Shown here: positions 53,414 through 63,681 of the stretch, one piece after another
How the letters are laid out: the number at the start of each line of letters is the position of its first letter
How positions within the stretch are numbered: the stretch's first letter is position 1
Assembly (NCBI GenBank): GCA_963666345.1
Contig: OY762721.1
Coordinates: forward strand, 3,264,001-3,328,000
Origin: Desulfatiglandales bacterium
GTDB taxonomy: Bacteria; Desulfobacterota; DSM-4660; Desulfatiglandales; Desulfatiglandaceae
Length of the DNA: 64,000 nt
Direction of reading: 5' to 3'
Translations under genes and position numbers: made by a program
The notes under the pieces: generated by a model
Told to the model about the DNA's origin: nothing
What the model saw: the letters and a program-made list of their open reading frames with translations, nothing else
Databases searched by the model: none

Positions 53414-53617
53414 TTCTTTCCAGGGATTTGATCATCGCTTTGAACATTGCCCCGACATCCCCTATTTCCCTTCTTAATTTTTGAAGCCGCTCTTCTTTCA
53501 AATAACCCAAGTCAGCTGATGTCATGTCCCGGGTTTCCAATTCACAGTCTGAACCATATGCAAACAAGGTGTATGCAATTTTTGCCGAACGTTTAACTGC
53601 CTATAATCTTTAAGCTT
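53397..53617 (-). pseudogene. Four-helix-bundle protein (TIGR02436-like) remnant with internal deletion
   Basis: N-terminal LKDYRQLNVRQK and C-terminal AYGSDCELETR...DLGYL...MFKAMIKSLE in different frames; ends in octamer repeats. Confidence 0.7.
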
Positions 53618-53747
53618 TTCACTCGAACCCGCGGTGAAGCAGTGGGGCTGAGCGAAGCGTATGCGGAGCAAAGAATCCTTCATTTAGACCAACTCTTTTG
53701 GAGATGACCCTCATCTTTTAACTCTTTTTCCTTTATATACCGCGTCC

Positions 53748-54812
53748 TCAGGAAAGGCCTTCAATTTGCTCTATTACCGCATCGGTGAATTCACTTGTGC
53801 CGGCATCTCCTCCCAGGTCGCGGGTGAGAGTTCCGCTTGATGTGACGGCTTCAATGGCATTCATAAGAAGTTCGGCCGCCTCTTTTTCATCAAAAAAATC
53901 GAGCATCATATTGACGGACCAGAGTGTGGCGATGGGATTGGCGATTCCCTTGCCTGCGATATCGGGTGCCGAACCGTGCACCGGTTCGAACATCGAGGGG
54001 AACCTTTTCTCCGGGTTCAGGTTGGCCGAGGGTGCTATGCCTATTCCGCCTGCCAGGGAAGGCCCCAGGTCGGAGAGGATGTCACCGAACAGGTTGCTTC
54101 CGACCACCACGTCAAACCAGTCCGGATGCTGTACAAAGTTGGCTGTCAGGATATCTATATGATATTTGTCCGTACGAATTCCCGGGTATTCCTTTGAGAT
54201 TTCTGCAAAGCGCTCGTCCCAGAAAGGCATGGTGAAAATTATTCCGTTTGATTTTGTAGCGGTGGTGAGGTGCCCGGCAGGACGTTTGAGGGCAAGTTCA
54301 AAGGCGTAGCGAAGAACACGGTCCACCCCGTGTCTGGTGAATATGGTTTCCTGGATCGCCATTTCCCGTTCGGTTCCCTTGAAAAGCCTTCCCCCTACTT
54401 CAGAGTACTCCCCTTCGGTGTTTTCCCGGACAACGTAGAAGTCAAGGTCCTCGGGGCCACGGTTGGCCAGCGCGGAGCCTATCCCGGGCAGGAGTCGTAC
54501 CGGCCGCAGGTTTATATATTGATCAAAGTCTCTACGAATTGGAACCAGCAGGCCCCATAAAGAGATGTGGTCCGGTACGCTTGGCTCTCCCACGGCACCC
54601 AGAAGGATGGCGTCAAACCGTGACAGCCGTTCCATTCCGTCGGCAGGCATCATCTCGCCATGTTCCAGATAGTAGGCGCATGAGTAGGGAAATTCCTCGA
54701 ATTGTAAATCAAAATCATATTTTTCGGACAGGGCCTCAAGGACCCTTACCCCTTCGGGCACCACCTCTTTGCCTATGCCGTCACCCGGAATCAGGGCAAT
54801 TTTATGTTTCAT
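53748..54812 (-). CDS. ttuC: Tartrate dehydrogenase/decarboxylase (D-malate dehydrogenase family)
   Basis: GDGIGKEV, VPDHISLWG, TKSNGI, SNLFGDILSD, FEPVHGSAPDIAG. Confidence 0.88.
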   Translation of the reverse strand: MKHKIALIPGDGIGKEVVPEGVRVLEALSEKYDFDLQFEEFPYSCAYYLEHGEMMPADGMERLSRFDAILLGAVGEPSVPDHISLWGLLVPIRRDFDQYINLRPVRLLPGIGSALANRGPEDLDFYVVRENTEGEYSEVGGRLFKGTEREMAIQETIFTRHGVDRVLRYAFELALKRPAGHLTTATKSNGIIFTMPFWDERFAEISKEYPGIRTDKYHIDILTANFVQHPDWFDVVVGSNLFGDILSDLGPSLAGGIGIAPSANLNPEKRFPSMFEPVHGSAPDIAGKGIANPIATLWSVNMMLDFFDEKEAAELLMNAIEAVTSSGTLTRDLGGDAGTSEFTDAVIEQIEGLS

Positions 54813-55208
54813 TTCATACTCCTTTTAAAATTCCTTAAATTAAATAAACCACCCCCCTCAGGAAGGGGAACATACAATAAATGCGTGAAGATAAGATAAA
54901 AGGCCGGTTTCTTAACCGCTATTATTTTAACCATGGCCTTGGCAAAACAAAAAATAAAAATAATATCTCTGTTTTGGCCTCTTGTCATGATTATTTTTTT
55001 AAGCCTTCGGATTTTCTTATTTTTCGGAGTTAGCCCTTATATATAACGTTTTTGTATGCGAATTCAAGGACATTAGATCCTGCCCTTGGAGCTTTACGGG
55101 TTGATCCTTAAAATGATTCTCTTGATGTGTAAATTGGTGGGACAAGTTCTAAAAAAGAGGTGTATTTCGCTTGTATCATTTTTCATTCGAGCGATCAGGG
55201 CGATGCAC

Positions 55209-56783
55209 TCATGCGTTGTCGCTGATCTTCGGGTTTAGGCCCGCAAGGGCATTCTTCCGGGCCTTACCGAGGGAGGTCCTTGGGAAGTCTTTACAAAGGA
55301 CCAATCTCTTTGGACATTTGTAGCGGGCCAGACGCTCCTCACAGAAGTCCTCCAGGTCCTTTAAGGAGAACCGCTCACCTTTTTTGGCAATCACGTAGGC
55401 CACTCCGATCTCACCCCATACCTCGTCGGGTAACCCGACCACCGCGACATCCCGGATCTTCGGATGCCCGCGCAGCACCCGTTCCACTTCCGCCGGATAG
55501 ACGTTTTCTCCACCGGAGATGTACATGTCATTGGCCCTGTCAACCAGATAGAAGAATCCGTCTTCATCCCTTTTCGCCAGGTCTCCCGTGTGGAGCCACC
55601 CGCTGACGATTGTCTCTTCTGACTTTACGGGATCCTGCCAGTACTCCTTCATCATGATGGAGCCCCTTACGACGATTTCTCCAACCTCGCCCGGCTTGAC
55701 CTTCCTGTCCGATCGGTCCATGATTTCCACCTCTGCATGAAAAACCGGACGGCCCACTGTTCCCGGCTTTTGAAGCGAATCTTCTTCAGAGGCCCAGAGA
55801 AGTATCGATGTCTCTGTCTGGCCCATTATCTGGCGAAGGGAAAACCCTGCCTCGCTGCATGCCGTCAAAAGTTCAGCCGTTGTTTTTTCCCCGCCTATTG
55901 CGCAGACCTTGAGAGAAGAAAGAGAGCCCCGATCTTCCGGGGCAACTTTAAGAAGTGCACGATATGCGGTCGGGACCCCGAGGAATTTGGTGACCCGGTA
56001 TCTGTCTATGTCATGAAACGTTCGAAGAGGATCGAACCTGGGGTGAATTATGAGAGTGGCACCCTTGTAGATTATGGGAGAGGCTTGAATGAAGAGCCCC
56101 CCCGAGTGAAACAGGGGCAGGACAACGAGCATTACATCGTCGAAGTGGAGTTTGAAGAAGATGTCCGCATTAAGGCAATTGAAAAAGGTTTTTCTGTGGG
56201 AAAGCACCGCACCCTTGGGCTGTCCGGTGGTACCTGAGGTATACATGATCACGTGGGGCTCTTCAGGGTCGGCAGGGCCGAGGGATTTTGTCAGAAAGGG
56301 GCTTTGTCCGTCATAGGCTTTTGAGTCCCTAATGTAATCGAGAAAGCGGTCCTCCACATCGGTTTTGCCTTCAGGTTTTTCCTTTAAAACGGCTGTAAGC
56401 ATGAGGGGGAGACCCTTGTCCAGACTGAGAGATTCGACGGAGCTTCCGTATCGCTCGGAGAAAACGAATAACCTTGGCCGGGCGTTTCTCAAGGTATATT
56501 CAAGCTCAGGTCCGGCAAGCCTGAAGTTAACAGGAATAAAGATCGCCCCCAGCCGGGAGCAGGCGAGATAGATTTCTATGAACTCAGGTCCGTTTGCCAG
56601 CATAACGGCCACCCTGTCACCTTTTTCAATGCCAAGGGACTGAAACCAGCAACTTGTTCTGTCGGCTCTTCTATGCAGGTCCCGGTAGGTGATCCGTTGT
56701 TCTTCGTAAACAATGGCAGTTTTGTCAGGGTGCAGTTCACTCCAGCGCTGGACCCACCATGCGATGTTCATGGACTTGATCAT
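55209..56783 (-). CDS. Acyl-CoA synthetase (AMP-forming; MenE/FadD-like)
   Basis: YTSGTTGQPKG, GQTET, HTGDL, ISGGENVYPAEVE; GAGGAGGT RBS before ATG 56783. Confidence 0.88.
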   Translation of the reverse strand: MIKSMNIAWWVQRWSELHPDKTAIVYEEQRITYRDLHRRADRTSCWFQSLGIEKGDRVAVMLANGPEFIEIYLACSRLGAIFIPVNFRLAGPELEYTLRNARPRLFVFSERYGSSVESLSLDKGLPLMLTAVLKEKPEGKTDVEDRFLDYIRDSKAYDGQSPFLTKSLGPADPEEPHVIMYTSGTTGQPKGAVLSHRKTFFNCLNADIFFKLHFDDVMLVVLPLFHSGGLFIQASPIIYKGATLIIHPRFDPLRTFHDIDRYRVTKFLGVPTAYRALLKVAPEDRGSLSSLKVCAIGGEKTTAELLTACSEAGFSLRQIMGQTETSILLWASEEDSLQKPGTVGRPVFHAEVEIMDRSDRKVKPGEVGEIVVRGSIMMKEYWQDPVKSEETIVSGWLHTGDLAKRDEDGFFYLVDRANDMYISGGENVYPAEVERVLRGHPKIRDVAVVGLPDEVWGEIGVAYVIAKKGERFSLKDLEDFCEERLARYKCPKRLVLCKDFPRTSLGKARKNALAGLNPKISDNA

Positions 56784-57112
56784 GGTTAAGACCTCCTCAT
56801 ATGCCTTCAGAGCACAAGATGCATACAGGCCCCTTTCAGGATCGATGATCGTCCCTGTTTTATGATCTTTTATGAATCGATCTAGATTCACAGAAAGACC
56901 CATCCGGCGCTTTGTTATTGTTGAGAAATAAGGCTTTGAGATAGTGAGTGGTTCAGACAGTCCTGATACCAAACATGCGGACTGCTTTTTTTGGTTGTAT
57001 ACAATATCTATTTGAAAAAGACAATCTCTACGTTTGCCGCCTTTATGTGCATGAATTATAAAGAAGTCCTCTCCTGTTTTGAACAAATCCCCTGATTTTT
57101 TGTGCCATCTGT

Positions 57113-57514
57113 TTACGGAACCGGCACCCAGACAATTATTACTTCCCGGTTTCCCAGAGTCCTGGTGCAGTGACCGCGACATTCGGTGTCGGTTACCAAA
57201 AGCACGCTGCCAGGCGTGAATGTGCGCCTTTCCCCATCACCCGCCTCCACCTCCATTACCCCTTTTAGCACCATAACAAACTGTTTCCTGGGGGCGGGAT
57301 GCCAGTCGGCTTTGAGATTTTCATGAAGCCTGAGAAAGCCGATCTGTTGTGCGTCCCGGAAGGGAGTAACTGCATTACCGCTGCTTCGTTTATTCCAGGG
57401 CATATACTCGTCTCTGAAATGAGTCACGTCTTCCGTGTCCGAATAGAGGACTGAGTATAAGAGGCTGTGTTCAGCCCCTTTTTTCTGGATGATCGAATCT
57501 GTGTTTACCTGCAT
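57113..57514 (-). CDS. Cupin-domain protein
   Basis: WHPAPRKQF...G.MEVE..DGE.R.F.PG...D...GH; GGAGG RBS. Confidence 0.8.
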   Translation of the reverse strand: MQVNTDSIIQKKGAEHSLLYSVLYSDTEDVTHFRDEYMPWNKRSSGNAVTPFRDAQQIGFLRLHENLKADWHPAPRKQFVMVLKGVMEVEAGDGERRTFTPGSVLLVTDTECRGHCTRTLGNREVIIVWVPVP

Positions 57515-57659
57515 CCTATAACCTCCAACCGGCTGTTACTATTGATCTATCGGGTTTACTTATAGACTTAATAGTGATTTTGAGTCAAGGGATGACAACA
57601 AGGGACAAGCTAACAGACCTTGTTGGTGCAGTGGCTTGCGCAGGGTTGCCCTTTTTGAA

Positions 57660-57693
57660 ATTCAAGGCCCGCCTCTGCGGGCAGGGCCTTGAA
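57660..57693 (-). terminator. Hairpin after the TonB-dependent receptor
   Basis: attcaaggccc...gggccttgaat inverted repeat. Confidence 0.55.
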
Positions 57694-57705
57694 TCCGAAG
57701 TGAGT

Positions 57706-59709
57706 TTAGTATGTAAATTTCAGGCCGGCAATCCAGTTCCTTTCAGGAGCCGGGTAGTAGTTCAGGCCGGCCCAGTTTTCAACCACATAGGTGGAATATT
57801 CCTTGTCGGTTATATTGTTGACGCCTACAAAGGCCTCAAGCATCTTACGCTTATAGGAAACCTTGAGATCCAGTGTATAGTAGGAATCAAGTTCTCCGTC
57901 GTCGTTGCCCCAGTCGCTTATGGCATAGCGGGATCCCACATAATTGCAGTCGGCGTTGGCGGTTATGCCCGGTAAGAGATTGCGGATTTCAAATCCCAGA
58001 TTGGCCCTGTGCTTCGGGATCGATGGTATGCGGTTGTTTTCAAAAGGGGCCTTGTCCAGCTTGGCCGATTCGTATGAGTAATTTCCGTGAAAAGCAAGGT
58101 GCTTGCATATATCCACGTTCGCCTCAAACTCTATTCCCTCGTGGACCGTGGCCGGATGGTTGACGTTTTCAAATGTCAGTGGGTTATAGAAAAGCTCGTT
58201 TTTTATATCCGCGTGATACAGGGTTACGGCTGTCCTGACACCCGGGAGAAATGAGTGGCGAATACCCACTTCGTAATGCTTTCCCACCTGCGGTTCAAGA
58301 TCTTTGATCGTGATGCCGGGCCAATTCCAGAAGACAAGTTCGTCGAGCAATGCGAAGCGGTAGCTCTGGTTTGCACGGATAAAGGCGGATGTCTGATCGT
58401 TGCAAAGCCAGGTCAAACCGATTTCCCAAGCCTCTTCTCTTTCTGTAGTGCTGTTGTCCAGTGGAGCAAAACCAAAGGCCAGATCGATTGTCTTGAGATC
58501 GTATTTGACTTTTCCTGTTCTTGCCCCGAATGTCAGCAATAGGCTGTCCGTAAAGGAAAGTTCGTCGTGAAGATAGATGCCTATGTTTTCTCTCTGGTTG
58601 TCTGATAGCCCTGAGAGGGTTGTTAAGAGTGGACCGTTAAACGTATGCTGCCGGTAGTCTGTCCATGCGAGATCAACTCCGGCTATAAGCTTGTTTGAAC
58701 GGCTGAAAATATCCGCGTCCAGTGTGTAACGAGGGGTCAGGGACCACGTCTCCGAATCGATTTCGGATTTGTATGGCGTGAGAGGGTATCTTTCGTTGGA
58801 CGAGCGGTCACGATATGAGACATCCATAAGCAGACTTCCGTACTGCTCGAGATCCAGATCCGCGCCGAAGGTTGCGTAGGAGTCTTCGCTTTCGCCGTTG
58901 TTCAGGGGATTGAAATTGGCTTTCCTGTTCAGATCCATTTGCGCCTTGGTAAGAGCTCCGGGCAGGTCATAATCGTCCTTGTGGCTTGATCCTGAAAAAC
59001 GGAGACTGAGCATGTCGCTTGCATCGTAGAGCAGTTTTCCTCCGAAATCGTGTTTGTTAAAGGAGTTGTTATCCCTGTACCCGTCCGTGCTGCTGTTGAT
59101 TCCGTATATGGAACCGTAGAAGTTTTTTGCGCCCCCGCTCAGGCTGACCTCCTCTTTGTGCATGCTGTAACTTCCCGTACTAACTCCTGCCTTGGCCTCA
59201 AATTTTTCCGAAGGAGTGCGGGTGATGATATTGATTACACCACCGGATGCGCCTGTGCCATACAGTACCCCGCCTGAACCTCTAAGTATTTCGATCCTTT
59301 CAACCTGTTCCAGCGGAATTTGAGACCAGTCCGTGCCGCTTAAATCGATTTCGTTTACGCGGCGTCCATCCACCAGGACCAGGGTGTTGTAAGGGCCTGT
59401 CTCTCCGAATCCCCGTATGTCCACCTGGGCTGTCTTGCCGTTACCCAGCAGGTCACTGACCGTGACGCTGGTTTCGTGCTTGAGGATATCGGTGATGTTC
59501 TGGGCGTTTGAGTCTTCAATGTCTTCCCTTGTTATGGCCGAGACGTTTGCAGGCACCTTGCGGGTCTCCTGCTCGAAACGGGAGGCGGTTACCACCACCT
59601 CGCCCAGATTATAGGTCTCCTCTGATTCGGTTTTGTCGGCGGCCTGAAGATTGACCGGAATCAGCAAGGAAAACAGGGCCAAGAGCCATAAGTTTTTAAT
59701 TCTTCCCAT
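57706..59709 (-). CDS. btuB: TonB-dependent receptor, probable cobalamin transporter
   Basis: EVVVTASR TonB box, IRGFG, LVLVDGRR, ERIEILRG, GGVINII; downstream of a cobalamin riboswitch. Confidence 0.8.
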   Translation of the reverse strand: MGRIKNLWLLALFSLLIPVNLQAADKTESEETYNLGEVVVTASRFEQETRKVPANVSAITREDIEDSNAQNITDILKHETSVTVSDLLGNGKTAQVDIRGFGETGPYNTLVLVDGRRVNEIDLSGTDWSQIPLEQVERIEILRGSGGVLYGTGASGGVINIITRTPSEKFEAKAGVSTGSYSMHKEEVSLSGGAKNFYGSIYGINSSTDGYRDNNSFNKHDFGGKLLYDASDMLSLRFSGSSHKDDYDLPGALTKAQMDLNRKANFNPLNNGESEDSYATFGADLDLEQYGSLLMDVSYRDRSSNERYPLTPYKSEIDSETWSLTPRYTLDADIFSRSNKLIAGVDLAWTDYRQHTFNGPLLTTLSGLSDNQRENIGIYLHDELSFTDSLLLTFGARTGKVKYDLKTIDLAFGFAPLDNSTTEREEAWEIGLTWLCNDQTSAFIRANQSYRFALLDELVFWNWPGITIKDLEPQVGKHYEVGIRHSFLPGVRTAVTLYHADIKNELFYNPLTFENVNHPATVHEGIEFEANVDICKHLAFHGNYSYESAKLDKAPFENNRIPSIPKHRANLGFEIRNLLPGITANADCNYVGSRYAISDWGNDDGELDSYYTLDLKVSYKRKMLEAFVGVNNITDKEYSTYVVENWAGLNYYPAPERNWIAGLKFTY

Positions 59710-59825
59710 CCTTATTATCCCTCCTTCTGTTTTTGTGCATGATTTTTTATTAATCGTTAACCAGGAAAAGGAGGAATCGGATTTGCATTACAGCTTTTCC
59801 TGAAAGGGGGATTTTCCTGCCGCCG

Positions 59826-59868
59826 AAAATAAAAAAAACCCTTCAAGCAGGAAAATGCCTGAAGGGTT
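59826..59868 (-). terminator. Terminator in the riboswitch expression platform
   Basis: Minus strand aacccttcaggca-ttttcc-tgcttgaagggtt followed by a T run. Confidence 0.75.
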
Positions 59869-59934
59869 GCACCCAGTTTTCTTGACCCTTGTATGCCGGA
59901 AACACCCCTGTAACGCCGCAGGGTCCGACAATTT

Positions 59935-60115
59935 TCGAGGCAGGTCTTCTGACTCCCCCGCCCTTTTAGCTGCCTTCCCATCCCGATTTATCGAGACAGT
60001 GGCACACAATGGCTAAAAGAGTTCCCTTTTCAAAAGAAAAGAGCGGGGTTACAGCGGCGGGACCGTTCCCGAATTTAACGGGATTCCCTATTATGCCTTG
60101 AAAGGCACCTCAATT
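59935..60115 (-). ncRNA. Cobalamin riboswitch
   Basis: Minus strand aggtgcc...taatagggaatcccgtt.aattcggga.cggtcccgccgctgtaa...gccactg...gggaaggc...gagtcagaagacctgcc. Confidence 0.93.
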
Positions 60116-60457
60116 ATTATTTGATATTATTCCGGAACTGATGTGTCAAGGGTTTTTTGTAATGGAAGATAATATGCCGGAGGCGGACAATGAAAGTAAT
60201 CAGGGACTCCGGCACGTTATGGTCGATGGTATTCCATCTGTTAGGGCGGTGCTCTAAGGTATGGATAAAATTGCTTGTTGACTTTAAAGGCCTGACGACG
60301 TTATTGATCATATGATGCAGGATGGGTTGTAATCCTCTTTTATTTAGTCCTTGAAATCGGAGATATTTATCTAACTGAGTTCATCTTTTGTCGTAAGATG
60401 AGGTCATTTTTTCTCAGGCCGGCAAGGTCTAATTCTTTTAAGTAAAGAAAGTCTGTA

Positions 60458-61525
60458 ATGAAAAAACTTTTAAATACATTAAGTAAGATACGGCCTCAGG
60501 ACTCAGCTGCAAGGGCAAGGGCGAGGCAGAGGCTTGAATCCCTTGCCATGCCCAAGTGGGCCCTCGGGCGTCTCATGGACCTTGCGGTTGACCTTGCGGG
60601 AATGACGGGCCGTGAAGACATGAAGTTTTCAAGAAGAACTGTCGTCGTAATGGCTGGAGACCATGGGGTGGCGGATGAAGGTGTAAGCGGCTATCCCTCA
60701 GAGGTGACCCTTCAGATGATCAATACCTTTCTTAGGGGCAAGGCAGGGGTAAACGCCCTGGCGGAACAAGCTGGCGCGAGGGTGTTCGTGGTCGATATGG
60801 GGGTTAAAAAGGTGCCGAAGGGATTTGATCCGGATGGAAAGATATTGGATAAAAGAATCGGTCCGGGGACTTCCAATATACGCAAAGGACCCGCCATGAC
60901 CCGCAGGGAGGCCCAGGCTTCGGTGGAGGCGGGTATCGAAGTAGCTCACAGGCTTTCAGGTAAAACCGATATGTTTGCTACGGGTGACATGGGTATTGGA
61001 AACACCACGGCCAGCAGCGCCATTGTCTCGGTTCTTTGTGATGCGCCCGTTAGTGTGGTAACGGGAAAGGGCACGGGAATCGATGAAGAGTCCTTTGACA
61101 ATAAGATCAGGGTGATTGAGGACGCAATAAGGATAAACGCTCCTGACGGACGGGACGCACTTGATGTGCTTTCAAAGGTGGGAGGTTTTGAAATAGGCGG
61201 CATTGCAGGTCTTATACTGGGGACCGCCAGTCTGGGCAGGCCTGTCATGGTGGACGGGTTTATTTCAACCGCAGGTGCCCTTATTGCCCAGGCATTATGC
61301 CCCGTTTCAACCGACTACATGATAGCCGCTCACAGAAGTGTCGAGCAGGGCCACTCTGTCGCACTTGAACGGCTAGGCCTTGAACCCCTTCTGGATCTAG
61401 GCATGAGGCTCGGCGAGGGATCAGGAGCGGCGCTTGCCTTCAATATATTGGACGGTGCGGTTAATGTATATAAAAGGGTGGCAACCTTTGAGGAAGCTGG
61501 TGTGTCAGGGGTTACGGAAAAATGA
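60458..61525 (+). CDS. cobT: Nicotinate-nucleotide--dimethylbenzimidazole phosphoribosyltransferase
   Basis: MAGDHGV, GDMGIGNTT, GKGTG, GGFEIG, DGFIST, MRLGEGSGA. Confidence 0.94.
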   Translation: MKKLLNTLSKIRPQDSAARARARQRLESLAMPKWALGRLMDLAVDLAGMTGREDMKFSRRTVVVMAGDHGVADEGVSGYPSEVTLQMINTFLRGKAGVNALAEQAGARVFVVDMGVKKVPKGFDPDGKILDKRIGPGTSNIRKGPAMTRREAQASVEAGIEVAHRLSGKTDMFATGDMGIGNTTASSAIVSVLCDAPVSVVTGKGTGIDEESFDNKIRVIEDAIRINAPDGRDALDVLSKVGGFEIGGIAGLILGTASLGRPVMVDGFISTAGALIAQALCPVSTDYMIAAHRSVEQGHSVALERLGLEPLLDLGMRLGEGSGAALAFNILDGAVNVYKRVATFEEAGVSGVTEK

Positions 61526-62268
61526 GGTCATTTCTTGCCGCGATCCAGTTTCTGACCGTGATCCCTGTGCATGTCTCTTTTTCGGAACGGGACCTGGGCA
61601 GGTCCGTCATGTTTTTCCCCCTTACAGGTCTTCTAATGGGCGCGGTGGTATCGGCAGCGGATTTTTGTATTAAAGGGCATATATTTCCACTGTGGCTCGC
61701 AAGCACGATAGATATCGTGATACTTGCCGTCCTGTCAGGAGGGCTTCACCTGGACGGACTGGCCGATTCCGCGGACGGGTTGTTCAGTGCAAGGCCCCGA
61801 GACAGGATGCTCGAGATAATGAGAGACAGTCGCATAGGCACCATGGGAGTGCTTGCCCTGGTGATGGTTTTGCTAATCAAGATCGGGGCGCTTGCCTCTT
61901 TACCTGATAAGAGCAGGTGGGCGATAATCATGCTGGCCCCCCTTTCAGGACGATGTATGATTGTGGCATGCATGAGTTTTTTTACCTACGCAAGAAAATC
62001 CCCGGGCCTGCCTCAGCTCTTTCTTGAGTACCGCTCAAGGGGAAAAGGAGTCCTGGTTCTTTTTATCCCGGCCCTTGCCGGTCTTTTGCTGGCCGGTTTG
62101 CAAGGGCTTGTCGCATCCCTTATCTCTACCCTGTGCGGGCTTCTTGCGGTTTTTTATGTCCACAGAAAGATAGGCGGATATACCGGTGATACCCTGGGCG
62201 CCGTAAGCGAGTTTTCCGAGATGATTGTCCTGGCAGCGGCGGTGGCAATCGCTCCGATCGGTTTATAA
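61522..62268 (+). CDS. cobS: Cobalamin synthase
   Basis: QFLTVIP, GGLHLDGLADSADG, IMRDSRIGTMG, GGYTGDTLGA. Confidence 0.95.
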   Translation: MRSFLAAIQFLTVIPVHVSFSERDLGRSVMFFPLTGLLMGAVVSAADFCIKGHIFPLWLASTIDIVILAVLSGGLHLDGLADSADGLFSARPRDRMLEIMRDSRIGTMGVLALVMVLLIKIGALASLPDKSRWAIIMLAPLSGRCMIVACMSFFTYARKSPGLPQLFLEYRSRGKGVLVLFIPALAGLLLAGLQGLVASLISTLCGLLAVFYVHRKIGGYTGDTLGAVSEFSEMIVLAAAVAIAPIGL

Positions 62269-62335
62269 CCGTGCTCTTATTCCTTTTTAACCGGGGCGGA
62301 AGCTATTTACTCTATTTAATTTCATGCGGTGAAAC

Positions 62336-63175
62336 ATGTGCGTAGAAAATGTAAAGCCAGACCTGGACAAAGAGGTGCCTGACGGTCTCAAAAAGTCATT
62401 TTCCTTTCGTCTGGGAACAACCTCATACATAGTGCCTGACGATATTATTCCAAACGTGCGCTTCCTGGCCGATAAGATAGATGATATCGAACTAGTGCTG
62501 TTCGAATCGGATGAGATGTCCAACATACCCACTACGGATGCCGTAAAACAGTTGGGAAAGCTTGCGTGCGCCAACGATCTTACCTACACGGTTCATCTCC
62601 CCCTTGATATAGAAACCGGTCATGAAAGTGAAATCGTCAGGCGCAGGTCCGTTGAAAAATGCCGCAGGATAATCGAGCTTATGAGTCCGATTTCGCCCCT
62701 TGCATACATCCTCCACCTGCATGGCGATGAAAGGGGAAGGGTGCCTTCAAGGGATATGAAGCGGTGGAGGAAAAAGAGCCTGAAATCGGTAAAAGAACTG
62801 GCAGGCTTTGCCCCCTCCCGCAAAATCTGTGTGGAGACACTTGATTATCCCTTTTCCTTTATAGAAGACCTTGTTTTTGACACGGACCTTTCGGTCTGTA
62901 TGGATATAGGCCATCTCATCTATTACGGCTACAGCCTGGAGGATCATTTTGACCGGTATCTTGAAAGGACCAGGGTAGTTCACCTGCACGGCATCGATAA
63001 CGGGCATGATCACCGCGCAATCAGTCATCTTTCAGATGAACTGCTCGGCATGATTATGGGTCGTCTTTCAGAGGGCCTGTCAAGTGAAAATGCAGTAACC
63101 CTTGAGATCTTCGGGGAGAGTGATTTTTCAAAATCAATCCAAAAACTTAAAAGGATCAAGAAGATATGCCGATGA
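62336..63175 (+). CDS. cbiR: Cobamide-remodelling phosphodiesterase CbiR-like (AP endonuclease 2 TIM barrel)
   Basis: FRLGTTSYI, IELVLFES, YTVHLPLD, CMDIGH, VHLHG, HDH, TLEIF; sits between cobS and cobU. Confidence 0.75.
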   Translation: MCVENVKPDLDKEVPDGLKKSFSFRLGTTSYIVPDDIIPNVRFLADKIDDIELVLFESDEMSNIPTTDAVKQLGKLACANDLTYTVHLPLDIETGHESEIVRRRSVEKCRRIIELMSPISPLAYILHLHGDERGRVPSRDMKRWRKKSLKSVKELAGFAPSRKICVETLDYPFSFIEDLVFDTDLSVCMDIGHLIYYGYSLEDHFDRYLERTRVVHLHGIDNGHDHRAISHLSDELLGMIMGRLSEGLSSENAVTLEIFGESDFSKSIQKLKRIKKICR

Positions 63176-63681
63176 TAACACTTTTGACGGGAGGTGCGAG
63201 AAGCGGAAAGAGTTCTTACGCCCTCAAAATGGCGGAGGCCTATAAAAGGAAGGCCTTTATAGCGACCGCTGAACCGTTTGATGATGAGATGAAGGAAAGA
63301 ATAAGACGCCACAAGGAGGAAAGAAATGGCGCCTGTCTGACTATAGAAGAACCTCTGGAGCTGGCGAAGGCGATAAGGGGCCTGCCCCATGATATCGAGG
63401 TCGCGGTAGTGGATTGCCTTACCGTGTGGCTGGGCAACCTGATGCACTACAGGGGCGAGGAGTTTGAAGGGTGCAGTCAGCTCAGGGACCTTTACGCCGT
63501 ATTGGCGGATCCGCCCTGTGATATGATTATTGTCTCAAATGAGTTGGGAATGGGTCTGATTCCCGAAGCCAAGATGAGCCGCAGATACCGGGATGAAATA
63601 GGGTATCTCAATCAGGCCGTGGCCAGGCTGGCCCGGAAGGTTATATTCATGGTAAGCGGGCTTCCCCTTTTACTGAAATAA
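63166..63681 (+). CDS. cobU: Adenosylcobinamide kinase / phosphate guanylyltransferase
   Basis: TGGARSGKS, EMKERIRRH, DCLTVWLGN, SNELGMG. Confidence 0.95.
   Translation: MPMITLLTGGARSGKSSYALKMAEAYKRKAFIATAEPFDDEMKERIRRHKEERNGACLTIEEPLELAKAIRGLPHDIEVAVVDCLTVWLGNLMHYRGEEFEGCSQLRDLYAVLADPPCDMIIVSNELGMGLIPEAKMSRRYRDEIGYLNQAVARLARKVIFMVSGLPLLLK

Noticed and set aside
56784..57182. 133-aa N-terminal extension of the acyl-CoA synthetase
   Set aside because: It overlaps the cupin gene, is not homologous-looking, and a strong RBS precedes ATG 56783.
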